From Leucoraja erinacea (taxonomy: Eukaryota): a stretch of DNA of 64,000 bases. Positions 1-13,300 of the stretch are shown in pieces; the first letter of the stretch is position 1; each line of letters starts with the position of its first letter. The DNA lies in assembly GCF_028641065.1 (NCBI RefSeq), contig NC_073404.1, forward strand, positions 13,950,001 through 14,014,000, given 5' to 3'. The position numbers were made by a program, and so were the translations under genes. The notes under the pieces are model-generated. The model searched no databases. It was not told the origin of the DNA and worked only from the letters and a program-made list of their open reading frames with translations.

Positions 1-258
1 AGGAGGAATTTATTTTGCCAGAAGTGGTGAATCTGTGGAATTCATTGCCACAGACAGCAGTGGACACAAACTCATTGGGTATTTTTAAAACAGAGATTGA
101 TAGGTTCTTGATTAGTAAGAGCATCAAAGGGTACTGGTAGAATGCAGGAGAATGTGGTTGAGAGGGGAAAAATAGATCAGCCATGATTGAATGGTGGAGC
201 AGACTCAAAGGGACGAATGGCTTAATTCTGTTCCAAATACTTATGGGTATTATGGTCT
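1..258 (+). mobile_element. CR1/HER1-type LINE 3' end
   Basis: Typical 3' tail: gtggtgaatctgtggaattcattgcca...gatcagccatgattgaatggtggagcagactc...ggcttaattctg. The same tail recurs near 4450, 6500, 39000 and 44900. Confidence 0.75.
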
Positions 259-406
259 GAATTATTTGCTGAGTGGGTATGCATTGGGACTGTGGCTGCA
301 ATTCTAAAGTGATCCATTGTTTTGAGTACTTTAGGTTGATTTATGCTTGATTAGAAAATACCAACATTTTTTTGTTGATGACAATTGTGTCTTTCATTCC
401 TTTCAG

Positions 407-3400
407 CAATTAGAAATAATCACACCATTCCAGTTGTACTTCAATCCCGAGTTAATATTTAAGCACTATCAAGTAAGTGTTGTGTTTCTCTCTCTAATGT
501 ATTAAGAAACAATGCATGCACAAATTTTTGTATTGTGTGCACGAATCTAGAGGCCGCACAAGTAATACTGCAAGAATAATACCCTGCTCCTGATTAAGTG
601 TTCTCTTCTGCTCTTTAAAAAAAACTCCAGTGCCCAACTTTCATCATAACCTTTTATGGTTACCCCCACACAGTAAATCACCACCTGTCACAACCTATGT
701 CTATCAATAATTGCCTCTGACTGGCTTATTACGGAGGAGGCACATTTATCTTTGCCAAGTGTCCATCCAGTCTGAAAATAAGAATAGAGAATTCTAAGAG
801 TTCAGGATCCCTGAGAAAGAAAATCCTGCATGTCTCTGTCTAAAATAGACAACTCCTGATACTGAAAGTTTATCCCCTATGAACACATCCACTATGTTTC
901 ATATTTACGTATGAAATTTAATCACACTATATTTGATGGTTCCCATATCTACCCAATATGTACATACTTGAAGAAATGGAGCTGATTTGTCATTTTCCCT
1001 TTATAAAACTTGTTCGATTGTATTATGATTTATTCTTATGTTAACTTGTATTTTCTTTCTTGTAGGTTTGGCGATTAATTACAAATTTCCTGTTTTTTGG
1101 TACAGTGGGATTTAATTTTTTGTTTAATATGATCTTTTTGTATCCTTTTAATGTTGTTGGGATAGACATTTGTTGGGATTAGACATTTGAAAAACAAACT
1201 ACTTTGTGGCACAGAAGTCTATGTTCTCTTTAATCAGCGATTCTACATGTGTCCATTTCAACAGTCAAAAGCAATTTGGTTTGGAGCTGGTTCATCCATC
1301 AAAAAAGCATTCTTTGTTTGCCGTGTTTTTATTGTGATATACATTGCCTTAACTATTGCAACTGAAGGTACCGGTATTGTCGAATGCTGGAAGAAGGATC
1401 GTTCAGGGGTCGCACTGCAGATTTTGTCTTTATGTTCCTTTTCGATGGATTTTTGATGACTGTATCCTTCAGCCTTTGTTTAATGGCCTATAGATATATA
1501 TATATATATAATATTTATTACAAAATAACAAATTGCTTTAAGGATCAGTTAAGTAACTAACTGAATACACAACTCTAAGGTCATTAATGTGAGATGTTTC
1601 AGAGTGAGACCTTGTATTCGTACTGAGTGTGTAGTGGGAAAATGGCCATAATAAAGAGAGGAAGGTTGTAAGACAAGGGCTGGCAGGTGATGGGTGGAAC
1701 CAGATAAGGGGTTGATGGTAAGATGATGGAGCTGAAGTTGGAAGTTCCTGGTGTGAATCCCCATCATCTCTTCCTTAACGTTCCATATTTCCAGCCTCTG
1801 TCTCTACACTCCCATACGGCTCTAACTCTCCATCATTTTCTCCCCTCATCTGGTTTCGCATATCATCTTCAAGCCCCTGCCTCATCCCTCTCTCTCCATA
1901 CAGGTTATCTTCTCTCTATATTTTCAGTTCTAATGGAAGGTTCCAACATGAAACATCAATCATCCTTTTGCCTCCACAGTTAGGCTGTGGGCCAAGGAGC
2001 TTTATTCTGCAGTTTCGTGACCCAAGTCACCAAACCACATGAAATGTTCACATATTGTGTAAAAATATTTATATAAATCACCCCTGAAACTCGATATGAA
2101 GAAGAAATCTACCTGTATGGACTTTAATTAATTTAATATAATGTGAATAAATTCATTAATTCATTAATTCATCCATTCACTCACTCATTAATTCATGAAA
2201 TTGAGGGCCTAAACTATAACAGTTGAGTTGTCTGCCAGTTGGCCAATCACGCGCTTTGTTTCAGGCTAGCACACAAAATGGCTGAGGGGGCTCACAGATG
2301 CCTATTTTACTGGAGATTCCGATTTGTTGTTCTATGGAATAAATGTTGTGGAAACTTGCAGCAGGTAATTGTATTTAGTGGGAAAAGCATTATAAAGGAT
2401 GAAGAAAGTGCTGCAAAGTGGATTAAAGTGCAAGAAAGCCTTCAAAGTCCCTGCTGATGTGCTGGAACACAAAGAAGGCCCCCATTAATCAACTCTAACT
2501 GAAAGGTAAGACTAAAGTCTGAATTTATGAAAACCTATCTGTATGGACTTTAATTAATTTAATATAATGTGAATAAATTCATTCATTCATTCATTCCTTA
2601 TTCATCCATTCACTCACTCACTCATTCATTAATTCATGAAATTGAGGGCCTAAACTATAACAGTCAATTAAACATTGTCACTAATGCAAGCCTGTTGTAG
2701 AGTAATAAGTCTTTAACAACTAATCTCGGAGCTGCCTGCGAAAACATACCGGGAAAAAGTGCTCCGATCGCGGGTCCTAGGTACTCGCGGTAAGGAGCGA
2801 TCGATATCCCTCCGTTTTTCTCCCGTTATCGGGGTCTGACAACGACCGTTACAGACGGCACTATGTACAGCCTCCTCCCCCCCGCGGAGATGATCCGCGG
2901 CTCCGCGTTCGCGAATCGGCCGCTTATTAATTGAGACCGCGGCTTCACTTTACCGCGAGTACCTAGGCCCCGCGATCGGAGCACTTTTTCCCGATAAGTT
3001 TTCGCAGGCAGCTCCGAGATTAGTTGTTAAAGACTTATTACTCTACAACAGGCTGGCATTAGTGACAATGTTTAATTTACTGTGTTGTAGTTTAGGCCCT
3101 CAATTTCATGAATGTATGAGTGAGTGAGTGAATGAATGAATGAATGAATGAATTTATTCACATTATATTAAATTAATTAAAGTCCATACAGATAGATTTT
3201 CATAAATTCCGACTTTAGTCTTACCTTTCAGTTAGTTGATTCATGGGGGCCTTCTTTGTGTTCCAACACATCAGCAGGGACTTTGAAGGCTTTCTTGCAC
3301 TTTAATCCACTTCGCAGCACTTTTTTCAGCCTTTTTAATGCTTTTCCCACTAAATACAATAATACAACTGCTGCAAGTTTCCACGACATTTATTCCACAG

Positions 3401-6400
3401 AACAACAAATCGGAATCTCCAGTAAAACAGGCATCTGTGAAGCCCCCTCAGCCATTTTGTGTGCTAGCCTGAAACAAAGCGCGTGATTGGCCAACTGGCA
3501 GACGACTCAATGTTAAACGTGCTTTGATTGGACTAAAAAATTCCCGACATTTTTCCGGTTTTTCTCTAATTTAATAAAAATGTGCAAGTCTTCTTCATAT
3601 CGAGTTTCAGGGGTGATTTATATAAATATTGTTACACAATACGTGAAAATTTCATGTAGTTTGGTGACTTGGGTCACAAAATCCTATTTCTAGACACATT
3701 TTTGATGCTCGGCCCACAGCCTAAGTTAATGTCTGACTCTGAATTCCCCCAACAGTTTTGACTCCAGATTCTAACATTGGTAGTCTCTTGTGTCTCCGTC
3801 TTGATAATACATGGGTTCTATCACCATTCTAATTTATAAAGCACATGATTTGTAGTCTGATGCCGATTGGTTTCTCTTTTGTTTACCCTTCTCTCCCAAT
3901 TTTCCTTGCTGGATTCTGATACTGCTGTTAAAACCAGTTACTCTCCTTAATTTTGTGCCAGGTTTTTGGCCTGTTTGTCAATCTGGTGTTCCTGGGCCAA
4001 GCCTTCACCATTATGTTAGTGTATATTTGGAGCAGGAGGAATCCTTATGTGAGGTTGAACTTTTTTGGGCTCCTTAATTTTCAGGCTCCTTTTCTGCCCT
4101 GGGTACTAATGGGCTTCTCATTATTACTTGGAAATTCAATCATAGTGGATTTGCTAGGTAAGGAACCACTTAAACAACAATGTTTACTGGTATTTGAGCT
4201 TTGAATTTTAGTGCCTGTCCATGCTTGTTATATCTCATAATTTATGTATGTCATTTGGGGAGGCTACTGGAGAGAAATCTTGTGTCATATTTAGACCAGG
4301 TGCTTTTCTTAATTCAAATAAGTGGCATATGCAGAATGTAAGATTTTATTTGTGAATGAATGATCTGGCCTGACACCTTTTTTGTAAGTTATTACTCATG
4401 AGTGTTCAGACTACAGTTTGCAACACTGCAAACATAAGAGTGTCAAATGGTACGGAGAGAAGGCAGGAGAATGGGGTTGAGAGGGAAAAATAAACCAGCC
4501 ATGGTTTTAATGGTGGAGCAGACTCTGTGGGCCAAATGGCCTAATTCTACTGAAGATAGACACAAAAAGCGGGAAAGGCAGCATCTCTGGAGAGAAGGAA
4601 TGGGTGAAGTTTCGGGTCGAGACCCTTCTTCAGACTGGTATGGGATAAGGGAAACGAGTGATATAGACAATGATGTAGAGAGATAAAGTATAATGAATGA
4701 AAGATATGCAAAAAAGTAACGATGATAAAGGAAACAGGCCATTGTTGGGTGAAAACGAGAAGCTAGTGTGACTTGGGTGGGGGAGGGATAGAGAGAGGGG
4801 GAATGCCGATGCTACCTGAAGTTAGAGAAATCAACATTCATCCCACTGGGCTGTAAGCTGCCCATGCAAAATATGAGATGCTGTTCATCCAATTTGCATT
4901 TAGTCCTCACTCTGACAATGGATGAGATCTAGGACAGAAAGGTCTGTGTGGGAATGGGAAGGAGAATGAAAGTGTTTAATAACCGGGAGATCAGGTAGGT
5001 TCAGGCGGACTGAGCGAAGGTGTTCAGTGAAACGATCACCCAGTCTACTTTTGGTCTCGCCGATGTATAAGAGTCCAGATCTTGAACAACGGATGCAGTA
5101 GATTAGGCTGGAGGAGATGCAAGTGAACCTTTGCCTACCCTGAAAGGACTGTCAGAGTTCCTAGAAAGAGTCGTGGGAGGAGGTTTAGCGACAGGTGTTG
5201 CATCTTCTGCGGTTGCAAGGGAAGGTACCTGGGGAGGGGGTGGTTTGGGTGGGAAGGGATGAGTTAACCAGAGAGGGAATGGTCTCTGCAGAAGGCGGAA
5301 AAGAGTGGAGATGGGTAGATGTGAGTGGTGTTGGGATCCCGTTGGCGATGGCGAAAATGTTGGCGGATTATGTAGTGTATGCGATGGCTGATGGGGTGAA
5401 AGGTAAGGACTAGGGGGAATCTGTCTCTGTTGCGACTAGGGGGAGCAAGGGCAGAGCTGCGGGGTACAGAGGAGGCATGAGTGAGAGTTCATCTTTGATT
5501 GGAGAGGGGAACCTCCTTTCCCTAAAGAATGAGAACATCTCCTGGTATGGAACACCTCATCTTGGGCGCAGTTGCGGTGTAAACGGAGGAATTGGAAGTA
5601 GGGGATGGAGTCTTTTCAGAAAGCAGTGTGGGAAGAACTGTAGTCGAAATAGTTGTGGGAATCAGTGGGTTTGTAATAGACGTCAGTCGATAGTCTATTT
5701 CCTCGGATGGAGACTGAGATCAAGAAAGGGGAGGGAGGTGTCGGAGATGGTCCAAGTAAATTTGAGTGCAGAATGGAAATTGATGGTGAAGTTGATGAAG
5801 TCCATGAGTTCTGCATGGGTGCAGAAGGTAGCACCAATGCAGTTGTCAATGTAACGGAGATATAGTTCAGGGATAGGGCCAGTGTACGCCTGGTACAGGG
5901 ATTGTTCAACGTACCCTACAAAGAGGCAGGCATGGCTGGGGCCCATGCGGGTGCCCATAGCTACGCCTTGGACTTGGAGGAAGTGGGAAGAGTCAAAGGA
6001 GAAGTTGTTAATTCTACTCCTATGTCTTATGAACTTAATGTTATCCATTAGATTAAATCAAATATCAATGAAAGTCCTGTGGGGTTAGCAGGGTTAGGCT
6101 TCATTAATGTGTACATTTGTCATTAACCATATGAATTTTACTTATTATATTGTTCCTGCTACACCATCAGATTTTCTGCTGAATTTTACTAGATGATCCT
6201 TATTATGGCAGGATTGCTTTATATGACAGCTTGAACAAGTTCAGCTGTACTCAATGGAGTTCAAAAAAATTGGGAAAATCTTAATTCCTCATGGGCTAGA
6301 TAGGGTAAATGCTGTCAGTATGTTTCTTCCAAGATTGGGATAAGTGGGCAGGTATTTAAGTCTGAGATGAGGAACATTTTATTTTCTCAAAATTGTGATC

Positions 6401-9400
6401 CTTTAGGATTCTTTACTCCAGAAAGCTGTGGATGTTGATTCCTTGAATGCATTCAAAGCTGAGATTAATGGATTTTTAACCAGTGAGTCAAAGTTATGGG
6501 AAGAGGACGGGAAATTGCAGGGAGAAATTGGGATCAGTCATGATTTTACTGAATGGCAGAACAGACTCAAGGAGTCAAATAGACTGCTTCTACTATTTCA
6601 CATGGTGTGGATAGCTTTCATCTCTCAACTAATTTAACTAATAATAACTTGATCATGGCTCCCCATCTGTTATTAATTTGTCTGTGCCCATTCATCTTTA
6701 TCTTTAGGGAGCATTTTAGATTGGGTTGTTACTCACTTCTGTGAACCAGCACATGCATAATAATAATCACCTCTTGCCTGTCTCTTGCTAACTGCATTCT
6801 TTCTGTGCCAACTGATTGTGTCAGCTAATTCTCTGCATACCTTTTAGTTACTTCTCCCATTGTTTGGCTTCAAGATTTCTATTGTTCTCGGATTGAAGGT
6901 AGAACAATATAGCATAGGAACAGGCCTTGTAGACCAGCATTATGCCAATTTAAATGTACATCTGCCTGCACATGGTCTATCTAAATACCTCTTAAACATT
7001 GCGATTGCTTCTGTTTCCACCACCTTCCCAGCCAGACATTCCAGGTACCTACCATTGTCTGCATGTAAAAATAAAAGTTCCTACAGATCTAAAGAACATA
7101 AAATTAAGATTATTGCAAATAAGAGAAAGGAGAATAAAACAAGATGCAGAAGGGAATTATTAGATTGGATTGAGTCTGTTAGTAGTCTCAAATCAGCCCC
7201 AAGCTGTAAGGTCACGACCCGAAACATTACCCATTCCTTCTCTCCAGATGCAGCCCATTGAATTACTCCAGCATTTGGTGTCTATCTAAGCCGCAGTCAG
7301 TTTTGATGCCTAGGATACAGAGGCTGAGATGACTCGAGGGGTGTTAACATGACACTTGATCGATCAAGCAAGTAGATTTATACCACATAAAAGCCGAGGT
7401 CAAGCTAAGCTAATACTGTTTTGCCTGAATGGAAAATATCAACCCTAGAAATGTTTATGGTTTGAAATGACTGCTGCAGCATATGCGGATCAAAGTCTTT
7501 GTTTGAATTAATCACCAGGATTTTCAACAGACAACAGACAGAAAATGCTGGAAATGTTCAGCAGTTCAGGCCACATCTGTGGGAAGAGAAATTGAGTTAA
7601 TATTTTAGGCTGCAGGCCCATCACCAATTCAGAGTTGATCATCTGAGTATTTCAAGCAGTTTCTGGTGTTATTTAAAATTTTGATTTAAATCTTTTTATT
7701 TGAATTTCGCACCAATTTGCATACATACAATGATAACAGACAGTGACAGTCAAGGCATAATTGTGCAACAGTATGTAAGCGACCCTCAAAGCCCTTACCC
7801 TTGCCCACCTTCAACCCACCCGAATCAGGTCGGAACCAAACGGGGACAAACAACACTCACATACATACACATCCACACAAATATGGTAAGATAAACGAAA
7901 CAAAAAGTACTAAAAAAAATAAAAAATTAAAAAACGCGGGGGTCACTAATAACAGTAAATAAGTAAGTAATTAAATAAATAAGTATGGGGAGGGGGGGGG
8001 GTGGTTAAGGGGAGAGCAGCTGCAGTAGAGCAGAACAGTGGAGAGCACTCAGTCCTCTTCCGAGTCCGGGGACAAGTTGAGAGAGTTAACAAGTTCCAAG
8101 AAAGGGTTCCATGTATCTAGGAATGTCTTGGTAGAGCCTTTGAGAGAGAACCTAAGTTTTTCAAGCTTTAAATTGTAAAGCACCTCCTTAATCCAGCGGG
8201 TGTGTCGGGGGACAGGTGAGCCTCCAGTTAAGCAAGATCAGTCTCCGGGCTAACAAGGTTGTAAAAGCTAGAACCCGTTTCACCACTACAGAGAGGTTGG
8301 TGTTGGGAGGGGTACCGAAAATGGCCGACAGTGGGTTTGGAGGAGTAGTCTGGCCGTAGGCTCTGCTTATCAAGTCAAAAACACTCCTCCAAAAGGCTGC
8401 TAGCTTAGGGCAAGACCAAAACATATGGCTATGGTTGGCAGGAGATTGATTACATCTGTTGCAGGTGTCCCTACAGCGGGGTAAATTCTAGATAATCTTG
8501 CATTTGTGTAGTGGACTTTGTGAAGGACTTTGCATTGGATTAGGCCATGACGGGCACATATGGAGGAAGAATGGATCAAATCCAAGGCAGACTCCCATTG
8601 CTGGTCTTTTAGTTTCGTATTCAGCTCACCCTCCCACGCAGCTTTTAATGAGGTTTCAATATAACCGACCCTAACAAGTTATACAAAACAGAGATGCATT
8701 TCTTCCAGTTGGGATCTAGAGCTGAGATGGTATCGGTCAGGGTTTCAGGGGGGCAATTTGGGAAATGGGGGAATGTCTTCTTCACAAAATCCCTAATCTG
8801 GAAAAAACGAAAAAGGTGGGGGTTTGGGAGGCTATAGTTGGACGAGAGCTCCGCAAAAGACGAAAAGATGCCATCCTTGTATAGGTTTTTGATACTACTG
8901 ATACCGTTGCTATGCCAGGTTTTGAATACGTGGTCTGTACTTGAAGGTTTAAAGATGTGGTTTTTAAGCAGTGGGGTCAAGATGGAAGGGTCTTGTAAAC
9001 CGAAGTTTTTCCTGAATTGACTCCATATCTTGAGCGAGAGGGACGCAATTGGGCCTGCACACGCAGATGTTATAGGAAGGGGGAGTTGGGAGCATAGGAC
9101 AGACCGCAACGGGAGATGTGAACTCGCCTTTTCCATGTGTACCCAGGTCAGTAGGTGGTCGCAATCATCATTCATCCAATACAGGAGTTTTTGCAAGTTA
9201 GCTGCCCAATAGTATCGCCTAAAGTCAGGTAGTGCCAAACCGCCATTCACTCTTAGGAGACTGCAGTATCGCCTTTCGGATTCTAGCCGGTTTGCTACCC
9301 CATAAAAATTTAGATATTGTCCTTTCTAATTTATCAAAAAAAGATTTAGTGATAAGTATAGGGACGTGCTGGAAAAGATACAGGAATTTGGGTAGGACGA

Positions 9401-10311
9401 CCATCTTGACCAGATTTATCCGGCCCACGGGGGATAGCGGTAAAACTGACCAGCGGTCAAAATCTCTTTCAGCTTTCTCAACCAGAGGCAGAAAGTTTGT
9501 GCGGAACATATCAGATAAGGGTGTTGTGATAAAGTCGCCGAGGTAGCGAAACCCGTCTTGTTATTTAAAATTTTAAACATATGCCTTAAAACATTTATTT
9601 TTATTTTAATGCTGCATTTGTGCATTTGATCGCGCATATTTGGATATTTTTACGTGGACCTACAACAGAATTTTTATGAAGGCAATTAAATGGGTATGGT
9701 TTGAATTTTGGAAAGGTGAACTAACACACAAAACTAAATTTTTCACTATTTCTCAGGACACATAATAATAAATCAATAACAATATCAGTTAGATATGGAG
9801 CTGTTGAATTGGTAAGAGAGATAGTTTATGGAGTATAAATATAATTTTCATTATCCATTGAATGTGGCTCACCAAAATACCACTCACTTGTTTATTTGCT
9901 TTTATGGTTATGTCCTTAGACAAGTTTATTTGTCCCTTCCCTTCTTTCCCTCATTAGAATTGGATTTAGTTTCATTTAATTTTTTCAATTTTGGCTGATC
10001 CCCTCCTTTTCAGTTTCACATGGTACCCAATCATGGCGTGGTCACCAATTCAAGTCGTTGCCTTGGCCCATCCAGACCCATTTGCCACAAATGCTGCATT
10101 TGTGCATTTGATCGCGCATTCAAATTTTACCAACCTGTCATGTAACCTTTGCCGTGTTGTTGGACTGCCTATTGCAGCTCTGTTGTGCTTTCACTGTTGC
10201 CTCAGTTCTGCCCTCTTCTGTCGGGTAGAAGGTATGAAAGTTTGAAAGCGTTTACCACCGGACTCCAGGATAGCTTCTTCCCTGCTGTTATCACACTCTT
10301 AAATGGGCTAC

Positions 10312-10350
<39 letters not shown>

Positions 10351-13300
10351 TATCCTTTCAAATTCAAATAATATATCCTTTCTCTCACCCCCCCCCCCCC
10401 ATCTCATTCAGCCCTCCTTCAATCTTTCATCGCACCAATCTACCTCATTGCAGCCCTTGCACTTTTTCTCTGTATCTGTAACACGCTGTTCTGCATTCTG
10501 TTTCCTTTCTCTTTGCACTCCCTGTGTTTCTGTGCATGGTTTTGATTGTAGTCATGGATATTTTTACGTGGACCTACAACAGAATTTTTATGAAGGCAAT
10601 TAAATGGGTATGGTTTGAATTTTGGAAAGGTGAACTAACACACAAAACTAAATTTTTCACTATTTCTCAGGACACATAATAATAAATCAATAACAATATC
10701 AGTTAGATATGGAGCTGTTGAATTGGTAAGAGAGATAGTTTATGGAGTATAAATATAATTTTCATTATCCATTGAATGTGGCTCACCAAAATACCACTCA
10801 CTTGTTTATTTGTTTTTATGGTTATGTCCTTAGACAAGTTTATTTGTCCCTTCCCTTCTTTCCCTCATTAGAATTGGATTTAGTTTCATTTAATTTTTTC
10901 AATTTTGGCTGATCCCCTCCTTTTCAGTTTCACATGGTACCGAATCATGGCGTGGTCACCAATTCAAGTCGTTGCCTTGGCCCATCCAGACCCATTTGCC
11001 ACAAATAATTTCCCTTCTCCCTGTTGCATTCTTTACATATCCCATTTGTCTTTTTTTTTCACAGTTCCACCATGTTTCTGCTTGTAAAGGGAGGTAAATC
11101 TCTGGAAATCTGTATCCCTGGGGTTGTGGGAGTTAGATTATGGTGGATATTTATGGAGGAAAGTTTGGGGAATTGATGGCTTTGGGGAAGTGGCACAGAA
11201 GACGATTTGGGAATTGGGGCAGATTTGATGGGTCAATTGGCCAACTATTTTTTTTAATTTTCATGTGCTTCCAACTGTTTACTTTATTCTGTGGCTCTGA
11301 CTAATTACATTCAGCTGTTGTTTTATTCCCTGTATGGGTGGCGCAGCTGTTGGAGCAGCTACGTCATAGTGCCAGAGACCCAGGGTGCAATCCTGACCTC
11401 GGGTGTTGTCTGTGTGGAGTTTGCACGTTCTCTCTTGTTTTGTAAATTAACTAATTTACTGTTTCACTGCTGCATTTTCCTACATTGCACCAGAGACTTT
11501 ACCTCAGAGGCACTCATTGGTTATGAAGTGCTTTGGACGTCCTGAGGACATGAAGGGCACTGCATTAATGTAATTTATTTTCTAAATAGTTCTCTGTGTA
11601 GCAGCAATTTTGGATTTTTTGTAAGATAGAAAAATAAATGACTTGTAAATTAATGTGTTAGTTGAAAACCTAAAGATATTTTCTGAACTACAAGTCACTG
11701 TCCAAAATATAATTTTATATTAGAATGATGGAAACCTGGTGGGACGGTGTGATCAGGATAAACGTTAGGTGCAAAGAGAGGCTCACAGGCTGGATAACAT
11801 CCAGTTGAGAAATAGTGTGTGATGGTCTGGAAAGGACCAAGGTCTTCCAGCCTTCTCCACGGCTGCTATTATATGTCTTTTGGCCCCTGATCCCAGAAGC
11901 AGAGTTGTCATTCACATTTAGATTCCTTTCCTGGTCAATGCTGCATGCTGATCCTAGAACCTTTAAAGATTCTTATATCCAATTATGATCTTGGAGCATT
12001 ATACTGTCTTGTGCCGAGTTCCCAGCTACCCGTCTCTGATTGCTCATAAATCCTGCATCCTTCCACAAAGTACAGTTAAACCCTAACTCCTTGCCACATA
12101 CTTCTATATCTTGTCTCCTTTCCGGTTCTCTCTGACTTTATTGCTTCCAGTAATCTGACCTGGCATAACACACTCGTAATTAAAGCTTCCAGGTCACTGT
12201 GGAAAAATGACAAAGGAAGGTTTTGATCATGTAAGTCAAAAACAACTTTCCATTGTCATTTACCAAATGAGATGGATATAATTAATGAAATATGTCCACA
12301 TGGAAGGTAAGACGCTTGTTTATATTACGGTTTCATAATTTGAAATGCACTAACTATGTGGAATATAAAAACAAATTTATTAGTAACTTTCAGAACGCAT
12401 AGATTATTGGATAAAAGTTGAATAGGCAAAAACTCGGATTACAAGGAGAGAGTAAAGAGGTATCTTGATCACCATGACCACAAAGGACTAAATTTTGATT
12501 TCAATGAGCTGGTACGGTATATATAGCAAATTGATGATCATACTAAGGAGATGATATTTATTTTGGAAACTTGAGGTCTGCTGCCGTCTGCACTGAGTTT
12601 GCCTGTTTATTGTTCACTTTAGGAATTGCTGTGGGCCACATATATTATTTTTTGGAAGATGTATTTCCAAATCAACCTGGAGGAGGACGGCTGCTCAGGA
12701 CTCCAAGCATTTTGTAAGTTTGACTAAAGTTTCAATATAGGCATCAGAGCAGTTACTGAGTGTGTCTGTTATATACTCGTACCCGAGCAGTGGTATTTGG
12801 TAGAAAAAGTCAATCACTTAATTGAATCAGCCTTTCCTCTTGACATGTGATGATATACAAACAAAATGCAGGAAACAATATTGCTTTCCTCTTTTTCTCG
12901 ACCCAATCCAAGTTAGGCATTATCTATGAAAAGAACCAGAGTAAACCAGTCTGAGACATTTTGTCTGAATTGGAAAAGAGAGAAAACAAGTTAATTTTAA
13001 GTTGCTGAGATCATGGATAGGACAAAGGGAATATATCTGAAGGTGAGGCCAGGGTTGCAGTGGGGATAAGTTATGCAGGGTTACCCATTTAATGCACAAA
13101 TAGAGAGTGAGAAAACAAAACAAGGGATTATAAAAAGTTAGAAAATGAGACATGTCCAGCAGGTCGTGCTGTGTTAATGAGAGAAAAGTTGAGCCAATCT
13201 CATGAATAATGGCCAGGCCCATCATAATACAGAGAGAGAAAGACAGTTATCTGAAGTTGTAGAATTCAGAAAATTGAATTCTGAAGGCAACCACCTGCCC

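Noticed and set aside
11336-11400. tRNA gene
   Set aside because: The A/B-box-like head continues into V-SINE core sequence and no cloverleaf can be formed.
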